Of a stretch of DNA of 48,889 nt, positions 11,795-25,401 are shown one piece after another. How positions within the stretch are numbered: position 1 is the first letter of the stretch; the number at the start of each line of letters is the position of its first letter. This DNA comes from Chiloscyllium plagiosum. Lineage: Eukaryota. The position numbers were made by a program, and so were the translations under genes. The DNA is taken from the NCBI RefSeq assembly GCF_004010195.1, contig NC_057718.1:7073579-7122467 (forward strand), given 5' to 3'. The notes beneath the pieces were generated by a model, which was given only the letters and a program-made list of their open reading frames with translations, ran no database searches and was not told the DNA's origin.

Positions 11795-12110
11795 AGGGAT
11801 GGTACAGTGGTTCAGTGGTTAGCACTGCTGCTTCATGGCACCAGAGACTTGTGTTCAATTCCACCCTCAAGTGACTGTTTGTGTGGAGTTTGCACATTCT
11901 CTCCGTGTCTGTGTGGGTTTCCTCCTGGTGCTCCAGTTTCCCCCCACAATCCAAAGATGTGCAGGTTAGAGTGGGGTAGCCATGGGAAATGCAGGGTGAC
12001 AGGGATAGGGATGGGTGGGAGGGGAATGGGTCTGAGTGGGATGCTCTTCGAGGGCCTGTGTGGACTCAATGGGCCGAATGGTCTGATTCCACACTGTAGG
12101 GATTCTATGT
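11795..12110 (+). mobile_element. HE1-type V-SINE, near full length
   Basis: Head, V-core and tail ending ccacactgtagggattctatg. Confidence 0.85.
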
Positions 12111-13033
12111 GCTGGTAATGGAAGCCCGAGGTCATTTGGCAGAGGTCAAAGTGGGGAGCCAGAGCCAGGAGCAGCGTGCCTGCTGATACCAGGAGGTAGA
12201 GAGGACATGTTTAGGTGCTATATGAGTGAAAATCTGACAGATGCTGTTAAAATGAAGATTGTGTTGATTGCTAAATTTAAATTTGAGACAGAGAGATCTG
12301 AGAAGCAGTAAATAGCAGCTGTCTGGTTAAAATGTTCCAGGTTTGGTCTTTGTATGATGGAAACCCATTGACTATGACCCCATCAATCTATGGAAGGTGT
12401 TATTAGAGTGATGGCAGAGGTATAAGTTAATTATTTTGAAAAACATTTATTGCTTACTTATACCTGTCACTGTATGCCAATTTACATACTCTGATATTGA
12501 GGAACATTGAGCAGCCCTTTTGTGTGATGGCTTCAATTTTAATGAGTTTCATAATTATTGAACATATTGACGAAATCTTCTATCTCTACCTCTGTGTGAG
12601 TTTATGTCAACACAAATAGAGGCAGCAGTGTTACTCTGTGACCACCTCACCTAACAAATAAATGAGAATTGCAAATTAGACCCTGCAAGCCATGAAGTAC
12701 ACCCTGAGAATCACAAACAAAACCCTCTAGAGGAGCCATTGGAACAGAAATATAATTATGTCCTGCTGTGATGTTTATCAGGCTAAAATGGTCACCAATT
12801 TCTTCCCTTCAATTTTCTGCTCTCTGTATCCTCATACCAGTGATTACAATATGCTCTTTCTAGTAAATTGAAGCAGTCTTTCGCTCACTAATCTAATGCT
12901 ATGGCAAGATGAAATGATCCCACAGTATTCATAAAATGCCATTACTAATAGGTACGACGTAGGAATGCATTAACGTTTTATCCCAACTACAAAATATTCA
13001 TGTAGGAGATTGAAACTGCAGGAGAGGGATTAC

Positions 13034-13147
13034 CTCCAGGTCCTGCTGAAGGTAGTTGAAAATATTTATTTCCAAAATGAGTTGTTCGCCTTTGGTTACA
13101 GAGTACGGGAGGTTTAGTTCCAGAAAGAAAGATTTGAAGACTTCCAA
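13034..13147 (-). CDS. CD109: CD109-like exon (114 bp, phase 0-0): LEVFKSFFLELNLPYSVTKGEQLILEINIFNYLQQDLE
   Basis: ttaacag acceptor and gtaatc donor. 'FF..LNLPYSV..GE.......IFNYL' motif. Confidence 0.93.
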
Positions 13148-13569
13148 CTGTTAAACAGAACAAACTGGTATTAGCATAGACACAGGAACACAGGTCATAG
13201 ATTTGGTGATGAACCCATCTGATGAAGACTGCTCTCAAGTAATTGACGAAGCCAAAACATGTGTTTAGTTTCAATGTGTTAAAAGTTAATGAATGGAAAT
13301 ACCCCAGATCTCCTTCTGTTGGCAGAGGCAGATACAATGGTACTGACTTAGGACAAGAGAACATTACATATAATCACTTCTATATAGCTTGAATATAATA
13401 CCTTCAGGCTGTTTCAAGGTAATTAAACCAAATAGAATTGAGTTGGTTGAGTCCTAAAAGACATAGCTGCTAGACAGGGTCTGTAACAAGTGGTGGGGGA
13501 ACCAACAAGGGGGAGAAATATACTTGACCTCACCCTCACCTATCTGCCTGCTGCAGATGCATTGATCCA

Positions 13570-14655
13570 TGACAGTAAATTGGGAGAGTGGTTGACAAAG
13601 TAGAGATAATGGGTAGGTACTCAAATCGGCATAATGTGACCAGTGGTGTCCCTTAAGGATTTGTGTCAGGGCCTCAATAAATCACATTTTTTTTAATGAC
13701 TTGGATAATGGCATTGAAAGTCATACAACCAAATTTGCTGATGACACAAAGCTAGGCAGATTGTAGACAGTGTAGATGATAGCATAAAATTACAAAGGGA
13801 CATTGATAGGTTAAGTGAATGAGCAAAACTGTGACAGATGGAGCTCATCGTAAACAAATATCAAGTTATCTATTTTGGACTGAGAAAGAATAGATCAGGG
13901 TGCTTTCAAGATGGTATGAAGTGGACATCCAAAGAGACTTGGGGGTTCAGGTGCGTAGATCTTTAAAGGGTCACAAAGAAAATGCAGAAAATAATCAAGG
14001 AAACTAATGGAATGTTGCCCTTTTTTTCTAAAGGACTGAAGCACAAAGATGCAGATGTTTAAATAGAACAATTGGCCTTAGCAATATTATACAAAACTTT
14101 GGTTAAATCCCATTGTAGCACTTGGAATAGATCAATGCACCATACTTAGGAAAGATATATTGGCCTTGGAGGGAGGACAACATTGGTTGATAAGAATGAT
14201 ACTTGGATTTCAGGGGTTAACTATTGAGAAGAGATCATACAAACTGAGCCTGCTTTCTCTAGAATTTAGAAGATTGAGGGGGTGATCTGATCAAAGTCTT
14301 CAAGATATTAACATGAAAAGACAGGATAGATAAAGATAAACTATTTATACTTGTTGGGGAATTTTAGAACTAGTCTGAGAGTCAGATCACTTAGGAGTGA
14401 TGTTAGGAAGCACTTCTACACACAAAGAGTGATAGAGGTTTGGAACCGTCTTCCATAAATAACAATGGATGCTGGATGAGTTGTTAATTTTAAGTCTGAG
14501 ATACATAAACTTTTGTTAAGTAAAGGTATTAAGGGAAATGGGCCAAAGGCAGATATATGGAGATAGGTCACAGATGATCCAGAATCTCACTGAATGGCAG
14601 AACAGGCTAGAGGGGCTGAATGGCCTACTCCTGTCCCTACATTTCTATGCTCCTA
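13570..14655 (+). mobile_element. Degenerate CR1-type LINE fragment
   Basis: KFADDTK at about 13731, decayed GVP.G, and 3' UTR. Confidence 0.8.
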
Positions 14656-15967
14656 GTATTAGTAAGAGTGACCACCACACAATCCTTGTGCACTTCACAT
14701 TGAGAATCATCTCATCGTGTTGTGTGGCTCTATCATGGTGCTAAATGGGACAGACTTTAAACAGATTGAGCAACTCAATACTGAGCATCTGTGAAGCACT
14801 GTGGGCCATCAACAGCAGCAGAAATATACTCCAACAGCAACCTGTAACCTCATATCCCCCACTCAACCATTACCATCTTGCTCGGGGATGACCCCTGGCT
14901 CAGCAAAGAGTGCAGGAGTCCATGGCATACCAAACCCCAGGCTGTCTAGTATATATTGTGGTTGGGTCCACAAGTACCATCTGGATGCCTTGGGTAGATT
15001 CATGGGCACCAGCTTTGCTTACTGGGATTAACTTAAATCATTGATTGAAGTGGAGAAGGGTATGAAATGAAGTCTTCAGCAATTAAGAGGGTCAATATTG
15101 ATCAGGTATTTCCTTTTATATATTTCTTAATAACTCGTTACATTTACATCTGAAAAACATCATAGATTCTTGTGAAAGATCAGGTTAGATGCAGAGCAAG
15201 TACACAATACTGTTTAACACCACAGAATTTGGCACTCAGAAACTGGTACGGAAAACCTGTTCACTCATCACAACAACCCCCTCCTGGTCAGAGACATTCT
15301 CATAACATCAGTAAACCCTTTCAGATATTAAACGCCTCAGAGCACTCTATCACTCCTCTGCCTTCTCCTCCCATTGTCTTGAACACATTTCCATTCCAAT
15401 ATTTATCCAATTCTCCAGATGTCTGTGGGATTGTTAGTGGGAATGACACATCACCAATGGTGAGAAAGTGTCAGGGATAGAGGATGATCAATATAAGGCA
15501 GTGCAAGATTACAACATATTACGGAATAAATCCAAGGTGCCATTTGAAAGCAAGGAACAAAAATTATGAGAAATAACTCCCTTTCAGGCTCCACTAATCA
15601 AATTTGTGAACAGCCAAGATGCTGTGATTTATTTTGCTTTTTTTTTGTTTGGGAAGGGTATTAAAGTGTGTACGTGGAATAAAAAGAACTGAATGTAACA
15701 ACTTTCATAAGCAACGCTTTAGGAAGTAACAACTTTCTTCAAACCCTTTTCTCTGGAGCCATCTTGTGGCTACGTTTGAATTTCACATCCTGCCCATAAA
15801 TGAGAAATTAAACCGGAACATAACCCTTCTAGATTCTTGTCAGAGCCTTCCTGTTACACTATTCTCCCATGACAAAGTTCCATATTCCAGTCCTTTCTCA
15901 TGCATGGTTTGACAAAAATCTCACAAGGTCAGAATTAAAATTAACAACTGACCTCAAACCATTTGCT

Positions 15968-16563
15968 GAAAATGTGTTGCTGGAAAAGCGCAGCAGGTCA
16001 GGCAGCATCCAGGGAACAGGAGAATCGACGTTTCGGGCATAAGCCCTTCTTCAGGAATGAGGAAAGTTTGTCCAGCAGGCTAAGATAAAAGGTAGGGAGG
16101 AGGGACTGGGGGAGGAACGTCGGAAATGTGATAGGTGGAAAGAGGTCAAGGTGAGGGTGATAGGTCAGACTGAGGTGGGGGCGGAGAGGTCAGGAAGNNN
16201 NNNNNNNNNNNNNNNTCTCTGAAACGCTCCGCAAGTAGCCGGCCTGTCTCAGTCAAATCCATCGAATTCAGCACCGCCTTCCTAACCTGCAATCTTCTTC
16301 CTGACCTCTCCGCCCCCACCTCAGTCTGACCTATCACCCTCACCTTGACCTCTTTCCACCTATCACATTTCCGACACCCCTCCCCCAAGTCCCTCATCCC
16401 TACCTTTTATCTTAGCCTGCCGGACAAACTTTCCTCATTTCTGAAGAAGGGCTTATGCCCGAAACGTCGATTCTCCTGTTCCCTGGATGCCGCCTGACCT
16501 GCTGCGCTTTTCTAGCAACACATTTTCAGCTCTGATCTCCAGCATCTGCAGTCCTCACTTTCT
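15968..16563. mobile_element. Penelope-like inverted insertion, family A, with a GIY-YIG remnant and two hammerhead motifs; spans an N gap
   Basis: About 230-bp inverted arms. 16-bp TSD cctcaaaccatttgct (15952-15967 / 16564-16579). CUGAAGA..GAAAcgUC at 16441-16468 (+) and 16027-16054 (-). ETGRLLAERFR on the minus strand at about 16215-16249. Confidence 0.82.
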
Positions 16564-17824
16564 CCTCAAACCATTTGCTACTAACAGCAAACTCAACCAC
16601 CCTTGAAGTGCTTCCTAACTTCGCTCCAGAAAGATCTGTCATTAAGGAGATAGAGTGACATGGTGTCTTGTGACAGCAATCCCAAGAGTGAGGCGAATGC
16701 TTTGGAGGGAGAGATTCAACTCCCACTGTGGCAAGAAATCTGGAACTATAAAGCCAGTTGTAAAAACTCACCTGGTTCATGAATGGCCGAAGGGAAGGTG
16801 TTGTGATGGAACCAGGATCAGGTGGCTCTCATTGACCTTGAGATTCCTGATTGAGGTTGTTAACCTAAATTAATCAGGGAGCTCTGGCTGACAGACATAA
16901 GCAGGAGCTTCAATCCATAGAAGATGAGGAAGATCACAACCCAGAACAGCCACCAGTCCTGGATCAGCCACTACAAGCAGCAAGGCAGACGCATGAGGAA
17001 GTCATTGCTCAGTTGTTTAATTAAGGGCTAATGCTGTTCTCTGGACAGTTTTATATTTGGACTTGGTCCAATTGTATTTTTGCATTTCGGGGCAGGGAAC
17101 AGTTTTCTTTTGTTGTTGCTTCTGTGCTGTTATCAGTTCTACACAATACAATATGACTTCAACCTACATTTTTAAAAAAGGGGGTTCAGGAGGTCTGTAC
17201 GTGCTGTGTATTGTGCACGGGTAAAGAATGGGTGTCTTGGTGAGGGGATACTGGCCTCTGTGCAGTTATTTCAGAAGGAAATAATTAGGGATGGGTGAGA
17301 AATGCTGGCTTTGCCAATGACACCTATTCCCTATGAAAGAATTAAAACCAAATTATAGAGCTACTCAAGCACAGAAAGATTGTTGATTTTAATATTGTTA
17401 TCTCTTGTGTTTATTGTCTGTCCCTAATTAGCTTGCAGGATCAGAGGGCAATTTGCAGTCAATCTCATTGTAGTCGGTTTGGGTCCTGCACTCGGAGATC
17501 CATTGACAAACTTCCTTCCATAAAAGGCACTGGTGAATCAGAAGGGTTTTTCAACAACGGGTTACATGGCCACCATTGGACTAGCTTTTAAATTTTAGAT
17601 TTTTATTGAATTCCTTTTTAACTAACTGCAAGATGTGATTTGAACCCATATCCCCAGAACATTGGTTTAGGACTCTAGATTGCTAACTCAATGACATCAC
17701 AGTACTCCAAAGCCTCCCCTCAGTTTTATTTCTAAATGCCATTCCTTACAATGAAGATTGACCTCTGGGTTATAGATGCAGAAACAGGACCTATCCACTA
17801 GATTGTGCTGAGTGTGTGTTAGGA

Positions 17825-18330
17825 CCAAGTTACAGCAAAGAACAGTGGGACACAGGAACAGACCCATTGGCCCACCAGTACTGTGCCATTTCATGATGCC
17901 TTTCTAAACGGAATGTCTTTTGCCTCTATGTGGTCCGTATCCCTCTATTTCCCTCCTATTCATGAAATTGTCAACATGCCTCTTAAACACTGACATTGTA
18001 TCTGCTTCCACCACCTCCTCTGGCAGTACATTTCAGGCACTCACCACCCTCTATGTAAAATAACTTGCCTCTCACACCTCCTTTAAATTTGCTTCCTTAT
18101 ACCTTAAACCTACGTCCGCTATTAAGTGACATTTATACCCTGGGGTAAAAAAAGGTCCAAGTGTCCATTCCATCTGTGCCTCTCGTAATTTTGTAAACTT
18201 CTATCAGGTCACCCTTTATCCATCAACGTTCAAGTGTAAACAAGCCAAGTTTGTACAATCTCTCTTCATAGTTAATACCCTCCAAACCAGGCAACGTCTT
18301 GGTAAACCGCTTCTGTACTCTCTCCAAGTT
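17825..18330 (-). mobile_element. CR1-type 3' fragment
   Basis: Decayed ORF2 C-terminus and tail. Confidence 0.75.
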
Positions 18331-18680
18331 TGGAGCTCAGATCTCCCCTGGTCTCTTGAAACAACATAATCTATCTTAAGGCCTTGTAAGGCCTTTCCTA
18401 AAGCACAAACACATAAGAAACAGGAGAAGGAGTAGACCATTCATTCCTGCTGCGCCATTCAATATAATCATTGCTAATCTTGAGCTTCAACCCATGACCA
18501 CTCCCCATACTCCTTAACTCCCTGACAGACAAAATTCTGTCCATCGCAGCCTTGAATCTATCCAACTTCAGAGCACCTGCAACCCTCTGGGCTACAGAAT
18601 TCTAAGAGGAAATTTTGCCTCAGCTAAATTCAGAAATAACAGACCCTTTATTCGGAGACTGAAAGGTGGGGTTGACTTAC

Positions 18681-18798
18681 CTGAGCAGGTCTGGTGGCCA
18701 ACTGAAGTCCTTTGTTCTCGGAAATCACAAAAGCATTGGCAATCCAGGTGGTGAGGGAGTCTGGAACTGTTCTCTGGAAGCTAACATTTGAACTTGAA
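18681..18798 (-). CDS. CD109: CD109-like exon (118 bp, phase 2-0): SSSNVSFQRTVPDSLTTWIANAFVISENKGLQLATRPAQ
   Basis: ttttggttag acceptor and gtaagt donor. 'VPDS.T.W.A..F.IS...GL' motif. Confidence 0.93.
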
Positions 18799-18904
18799 CT
18801 AACCAAAAGAAAAGAACTATGAGAGGAATGGTCATAAAGTGTGGTTAAAACCTTCCTATGGTAGAATACTGACATGTTTAGGCATATAATTCTTTGAAAT
18901 TTAC

Positions 18905-19555
18905 ATCACATACAGACAGGGTGGTTAAGAAGGCATTTAGCACGCTTGCTTTCATTGCTCAGACCTTTAAGTATCGGAGTTGGGAACGCCATGTTAGGGT
19001 TGTACCGGACATTGGTAAGCACTCTTCTGGAATATTGTGTTCAGTTCTGATCTCCCTGCTGTAGGAAGGATTTTATCAAACTGAAGAGGGTTCAGAAGAG
19101 ATTTACCAGGTTGTTGCCAGGACTGGAGGGCTTGAGTTATAAGGGAGTGGCTGGATCTACTGGGACTTTATTCACTCAAGCATAGGAGATTGAGGGGTGA
19201 CCTTGTGGAGATTTATAAAATCATGAAGGGCATAGAATTGCAGGTATTTTTTTCCCTAAGATGGGGGATTTCAAGACTAGCGGACATATTTTAAGGTGAG
19301 AGAAGAAAGATTTAAAAAGGAAATGAGGTTTACAAGAGAGTGATTTGTGTGTGGAATGAACTGCCAGAGGAAGTGGTGGATGTGGGTACATTTACAGTGT
19401 TTACAAGAAGTTTAGATAAGTACATGAATAGGAAATGTTTGGAGGGATATGGGCCAAATGCAGGAAGCTGGGGCTAGTTTAGTTTGGGTTTGTGTTTGGC
19501 ATGGACTAAATGGACCAAAGGTTCCATTTCCGTGCTATATGACTCTACGACTCAA
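18905..19555 (+). mobile_element. CR1/HER1 3' fragment
   Basis: VVKKAF..LAFI and EYCVQF remnants, plus tail. Confidence 0.85.
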
Positions 19556-20384
19556 AGTCATGCACCATCCTCTCCTGGGAATGTACCCGTCTCATCATTC
19601 AATAAAATACCCCCAGCTAACAGCATTACAGAGGCGCTCCGATGTACCTGTTTGCTTAAAGGAAGCTTGTTTCCAACACTCCTGGCATTAGCATATCTCA
19701 CCCTTTTGTAAAGAGGTTTCCCTTGAATTCCCAGTTGGATTTATCAATAGATGTCTTACATCCATGTTCTCTTGGTTTTGAATGCCATTACATGTTTACA
19801 TGCATTTTCCTTATCAAACTTCTTGTTCTTGTGCAGATTTTTGACATTCATGCATTTCATTGTTATTTTAGTATCTGTAACCTTCTGCTGATCTTCCCCT
19901 GACCTTCCCCTTACTGCTCCTCACCTTTCTCAACAAGAGAAAACCCATCACTTTTCCTCCTCACTTTCCAGCTCTGGAGAAAAGTCACATCGGAGTCAAA
20001 ATGTTTACTCTTTCTCCCTCTCCACTGGTGTGCATATACCTCCTGGGTTTCTCCAGCACTCTCAGGTTTTATTTCAGATCGCCAACATCCATTGTATATT
20101 TGTTTGAAAACTTTCCAATCTACCCTGGTATCGTCCATGTCAATCATTCCTGCACCTTCCCCAGTGCTTCTCTATTCTTTCTACAATATAGAGACCAGAA
20201 CTCTGGAGAATAAGTGCAATACTTTGCTTGAAATCATTTCATGACCTTGAATTTGAACACCTAATATTGTATCCGTGAGGTGATTTTCTAGACACAAATG
20301 GTTTCCATGCCTAGGTATTGATGAGGTACGTTTCTACCTGTGCCCCCTCCCCCTCCAGCCAAAGACCAAACATATCAACATTAT

Positions 20385-21295
20385 ACAGTCATAGAGTCAT
20401 ATATTACAGAGACAGGCCCTTCTGGCCCAACTAATCCATTCCGACCAGATTTCCTAAACTGTACTAGTCCCATTTGCCTGCATTTGGTCTATATCCCTCT
20501 AAACTCTTCCTACTCATGAACCCATCCAAATGCCTTTTTAAACGACAGTGAGGACTGCAGATGCTGGAGATTAGAGTCAAGAGTGTGGTGCTGGAAAAGC
20601 ACAACAGGTCAGGCAGCATCCGAGGGGCAGCAAAATCGACGTTTTGGGCAAAAGCCCTTCATCAGCTTCCTCTGGCAGCTCATTCCATACACGCACCACC
20701 CTATGCGTGAGTACGTTGTCCCGCAGGACTCTTTTATATCTTTCCCCTCTCACCCTAAACCTATGCCCTCTAGTTTAGGACTCCCCCACCTGGGGAAAAG
20801 GCCTTGGCTGTTCAAACTATCCATGCCCCTCATGATTTTATAAACCTCTATAAGGTCACTCCTCAGCCTCCGACACTCCAGGGAAAACAGCCCTAGTCTA
20901 TTCAGCATCCCTTTATAAGTCAAACCTTCCAGCCTTGGAAACATCCTTGTAAATCTTTTTTTGCATCCTTTTCAGTTTAATAACATCTTCCCACAGCGGG
21001 GCAACTGGAATTGCATGCAGTACTCCAAATGTGGCCTCACTAATCTCTTGTACAGCTGTGACATGATGTCCCAACTCCTGTACTCAATGATCTGACTAAT
21101 GAAGGCAAGCATGCCAAATGCCTCCTTCACCATCCTGTCCATTTGTGACACACTTTCAAGAAACAACGTACCTGCACCCCTCAGTCTCTCTGTTCAACAA
21201 CACTCCACAAGGCCCTACCATGAACTATATAAGTCCTGCCCTGGTTTGTCTTACAAAAATGCAATATGTCACATTCACCTAATTTAAACTCCATA
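20385..21295 (-). mobile_element. CR1/HER1 3' fragment containing a family A PLE 3' end (about 20544-20665)
   Basis: VRPHLEYCMQF and LGLFSLE ORF remnants. The inserted piece ends exactly at tcatcag (CUGAUGA on the minus strand). Confidence 0.85.
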
Positions 21296-22499
21296 TTAAA
21301 AGTAAAGCAGCCTAGATACAGTGATAGTGGTCATTACACTAATGGTGTAGTGATACTGTCCCGAAATCTGAACCCCAATAATCATTCATCCCCTTGGTCA
21401 TCAAGAATCTATCTCCCTCTGCCTTAAAAAATATTTAATTCTGCATCCACTGTGTTCTGAGGAAGGGAATTTCAAAAACTTTCAATCCTCTGAAAAAAAA
21501 ACCTTCATATGCCATTCCTTAGCCCACTGGCCCAGCTGATCAAGATCTAAGAGTCTTAGATATCCTTCTTCACTGTCCACTGTGCCGCCAATTTTGGTGA
21601 AATTCCTGGAACGCTCTAACAGGACTGTCTTTCTGGATGGACTGTAATGGTTCACACAGAAGATTCAACATCATCTGCTCAAGGGTAATTAGACAGGCGA
21701 CATTTCAGCAATGACCTCGTTCCCAGAATAATCTGCCCAGCCTGGGACAGACAGCTCTGCACACCCATCCTCGGAGCTGCTTTCAACTGTTTTAATCAAT
21801 CTGCTCAGAGATATTGTTACAGACTTCTCGCCAATGTGGCACTCGAACCCAGGCCTGCTGATTCAGGGGTAGGGACATTATCACTACACCATTAGAACAA
21901 TGACAACTGCCACTGTACCTACGTCTGCGTTGTCTGTAACATTTTTGAATCAACTTGAGAATGAGTTTGTTTTTAATCAAGCCAAACCACGTGCACCTAT
22001 AACAAATGATTCATACAAACATATGAAAAAAAAACAAGACCTGGCCACTCAGCCCTTTGAGCCTGCTCTGTCATTCAATAAGATCGTGGTTGACCTGATC
22101 TTAACTGAACTCTATATTCCTGCACCTCTCTGATAAACTTTCATCCCCGTCGTCATCAAGAATCTATCTCTCTCTGCCTTAAAAATATTTAAAGTTTCTA
22201 CTCCTACTGCCTTTTGAGGAAGGGAATTCCATAGACTCTCAATCCTCTGAAAGAGCCAAGTGGCACAGTGTCTCAGTGGTTAGCACTGCTGCCTCACAGT
22301 ACCATATGGCTAAGTCCACATTCCTGAAGGGGTGAAATATCCGTGGTGATTCATTAGTGCCCTGGCCTGGGAAGGTGTGGAGTACAGTGAGAGACGTCAG
22401 CAGGAAGGAGTAGAGGCCAAGCCAACATTCCAGAGGGAGCAGACAAACGTAAAGTGAGTGTGCTACTATTGAGGCTGTGGATAACCCAAGTGTAGATAG

Positions 22500-23815
22500 A
22501 AAGGCAAGTGATGAGAGTGACACAAAGAGTGCAGAGGGAAATAAACAGGTTAAGTGAATGGGCAAACACTTGGCAAACAGTATATAATGTGGGGAAATGT
22601 GAGGTGCTGCACCCTGGTAGGACGAATAGGGGAGCTGAAAATTATTTGAATGGAGAAAGACTGCAGAAATCTATGGAACCCAGGAATTTGGGAGTCCTCT
22701 TGCATAAGAACATAACATAAGAACATGGGAACTAGGAGCAGGAGTTGGCCATCTGGCCCTGCGAGTCTGCTCCACCATTCAGTAAGATCATGGCTGATCT
22801 TTTCATGAACTCAGCTCCACTCACCTGCGCTCTCACTGTATCCCTTAATTCCTTTATTGTTCAAAACATATGAATCACTGAAAGCTAGCGTCCGAGTTCA
22901 ATGGTTAAAGAGAAAGGCAAATGAAATGTTTTTTATTTTGAAGGGAATGGAGTTTAAAAGTAAGGAAGTATACAAGACACTAGTAATGCTACAGTTGGAA
23001 TAATGTGCACAGTTTTAGTCTTTTATCCACGGAAAGAGATACACAGAAAAGAGGCAGCTCAGAGAAGCGTCACTCAGCTGGTACCAGGTATAGAAGGTCT
23101 TTCTTATGAGGAGAGGTGGAGTAGATTAGAATTGTACTTGGTAGAATGTAGAAGACTGAGAGGTGACCTCATTAAAACATATAAAAGTCTTAGGGGACTT
23201 AACAGGTTAAATGAAGAATGGTTCCTTCCTCTTGTGGGAGAGTCTGAGAAGAGAGGACATAATCTCAGAATAAGGGGTCGCATATTTACAGCAGGAATTT
23301 CTTTTCTCAGAGGGTAATGAATGATCATAGACTCCCTACAGTGTGGAAGCAGGCCATTCAGTCCATCGAGTCCACACTGACCCTCTGAAGAGCATCCCAC
23401 CCAGACCCATCACTGTAACCCCACATTTGTTATGGCCAATCCACCTTTAGACTGTGGGAGGAAACCGGAGCACCGAGAGGGATTCCACACAGACACGGGG
23501 AGAATGTACAAACTCCACACAGACAATCACCCGAGGGTTGAAGCAAACTTGGGTCCCTGGCGTTATGAAGCAGCAGTGCCAACCACTGAGCAAACATGCT
23601 GCCCAAATCAGCAGACTTCTTTACCAGAGAGGACTGTCGAGGCTGTCATTAAGCATATTCAAGGCCAAAATTGACAGAATTTAGTCAGTAAGGGAGTGAA
23701 GGATAATGGGGGAAAGGCATGAAAGTGAAGTTGAGCTTTATCAGATCAGTCACAACCTCGTTGAATGGTGGAGTAGATGGTATGGGCTGAATGGCCTGCT
23801 TCTGCATCTTTTTTT
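22500..23815 (+). mobile_element. CR1 fragment interrupted by an antisense CR1 tail (about 22705-22870) and an HE1 SINE (about 23325-23603, minus)
   Basis: LSEWANTWQ..YNVGKCEV and LRGDLIKTYK remnants. Confidence 0.8.
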
Positions 23816-24126
23816 GTTATTCATACATGGGATGAGGATATCGCTGCCAAGGCAGCATTTACTGTCCATTCCTATTTGCCCAGAAGGCAGTTATGAATCA
23901 ACCACATTGCTGTGGGTCTGGAGTCACATGTAGGCCAGACCAGGTAAGGATGGCAGTTTCCTTCCCGAAAGGGCATTAGTGAACCCATGTCTTATAATCA
24001 TCTAAACAAACTGTCAGACATGACCTGGTCCATGTGGGGCAGTGTCTGCAGATCGTGCTCTAACTGTTCGATCATCTCAGAACTCACTAAACCTGACTGA
24101 AAGTCAGTTACCTGCAAATGCCTAAT

Positions 24127-24436
24127 CATAGAATCCCTAAAGTGTGGAAACAGGGTCCACACCGGCCCTCCGAAGAGTAACCCACCCAGACCAATTCCCC
24201 TCCCCTACTATCCTACATTTACCTCTAACTAATGCACCTTACCTACACATTCCCTGAACACTATGGGCAATTTAGCATGGCCGATCCACCCTAACCTGCA
24301 CATCTTTGGATTGTGGGAGGAAACCCACGCAGACATGGGGAGGATGTAAAAACTCCACACAGACAGTCGCCCGGGACTGGAATCGAACCCAGGTTACTGG
24401 CACTGTGAGGTAGCAGTGCTAACCACTGAACCACCA
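24127..24436 (-). mobile_element. HE1-type V-SINE; a plus-strand CR1 tail follows at about 24500-24765
   Basis: Reverse V-core and tRNA head. The CR1 ends in a (ctatgact)n tail. Confidence 0.85.
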
Positions 24437-24830
24437 TACAGCTACAAAGAACAGCGAAGGTTTAATTTCACCTTCTTCACAGTGAGGTATCCAGTGTTGG
24501 AAAGATATAAAAGAGACCTAAGGGGCAACTTTTTCATGCAGAGAGTGGTACGTGGGATGAGCTGCCAGAGGATATGGTGGAGGCTGGTACAATTGCAACA
24601 TTAAGAGGCATTTGGATGGGTATATGAATAGGAAGGGTTTGGAGGGATATGAGCCGGTGCTGGCAGGTGGGACTAGATTGGGTTGGGATATCTGGTTGGC
24701 ATGGACAGGTTGGAATGAAGAGTCTATTTCCGTGCTGTACATCTCTATGACTCTATGACTCTATGACAACATGAGGCATTCAGGCACTCAGCTACTGAGG
24801 ATCTCACGTTCAATGAAATGGAATTCCTAC

Positions 24831-24951
24831 CCAGTTAACATATCCAACCACATCCACGTCTCCGGAAAATATGTTCTGATTCTCTGATCTTCTGGTTCAA
24901 CTGAGTGGCTTGTGATTTCAAACTCAGCAGCATCTTCACGGAAGGCTATGT
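24831..24951 (-). CDS. CD109: CD109-like exon (121 bp, phase 1-2): (Y)IAFREDAAEFEITSHSVEPEDQRIRTYFPETWMWLDMLT(G)
   Basis: ttttctttcgcag acceptor and gtagga donor. Contains the diagnostic A2M/TEP 'R.YFPETW.W' motif. Confidence 0.93.
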
Positions 24952-25235
24952 CTGCGAAAGAAAATCCATGAGGTTAGGAAAGATCTCTGTCCACATTGTC
25001 CAGTATTTATAGTAGTGCAAGGTTCTTACCCTATGCATATTGCTGTGAAATCTCAATTTGGATTCCATGTGTAATTACTACATAATTTGAACTGGATGAA
25101 ATTGCTCCATGCAAAATTGCCCAAGATGTAATTATATTGCCTGCCTTTTTAAGTCATTATTTACTTCTTTGCAAGATCTGTTCCAATGCCAATGTAAGGT
25201 GCAGACTGAAGTTTCAAATTTAATTGTATAGTAAT

Positions 25236-25401
25236 TGTAATGAGGTCAGCCAAGTGGACCTCATAGAATGAGTTCCCGGATTGGGGCTGTTAAGCTGATT
25301 TGATCAGGGAGCCCTGTCTGACAGGTATAAACAGAAATGTCTGGGGTTCTGTTCACTCTGAGAGCTGGTTCTGAGGGAGCTGGATCAGTGGAGTTATTTC
25401 A
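25236..25401. mobile_element. LTR-like fragment related to 16802-16910
   Basis: TG...CA ends. Shares the 'gattggggctgttaa...atcagggagc.ct..ctgacag' block with the 16.8-kb copy. No TSD seen. Confidence 0.4.
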
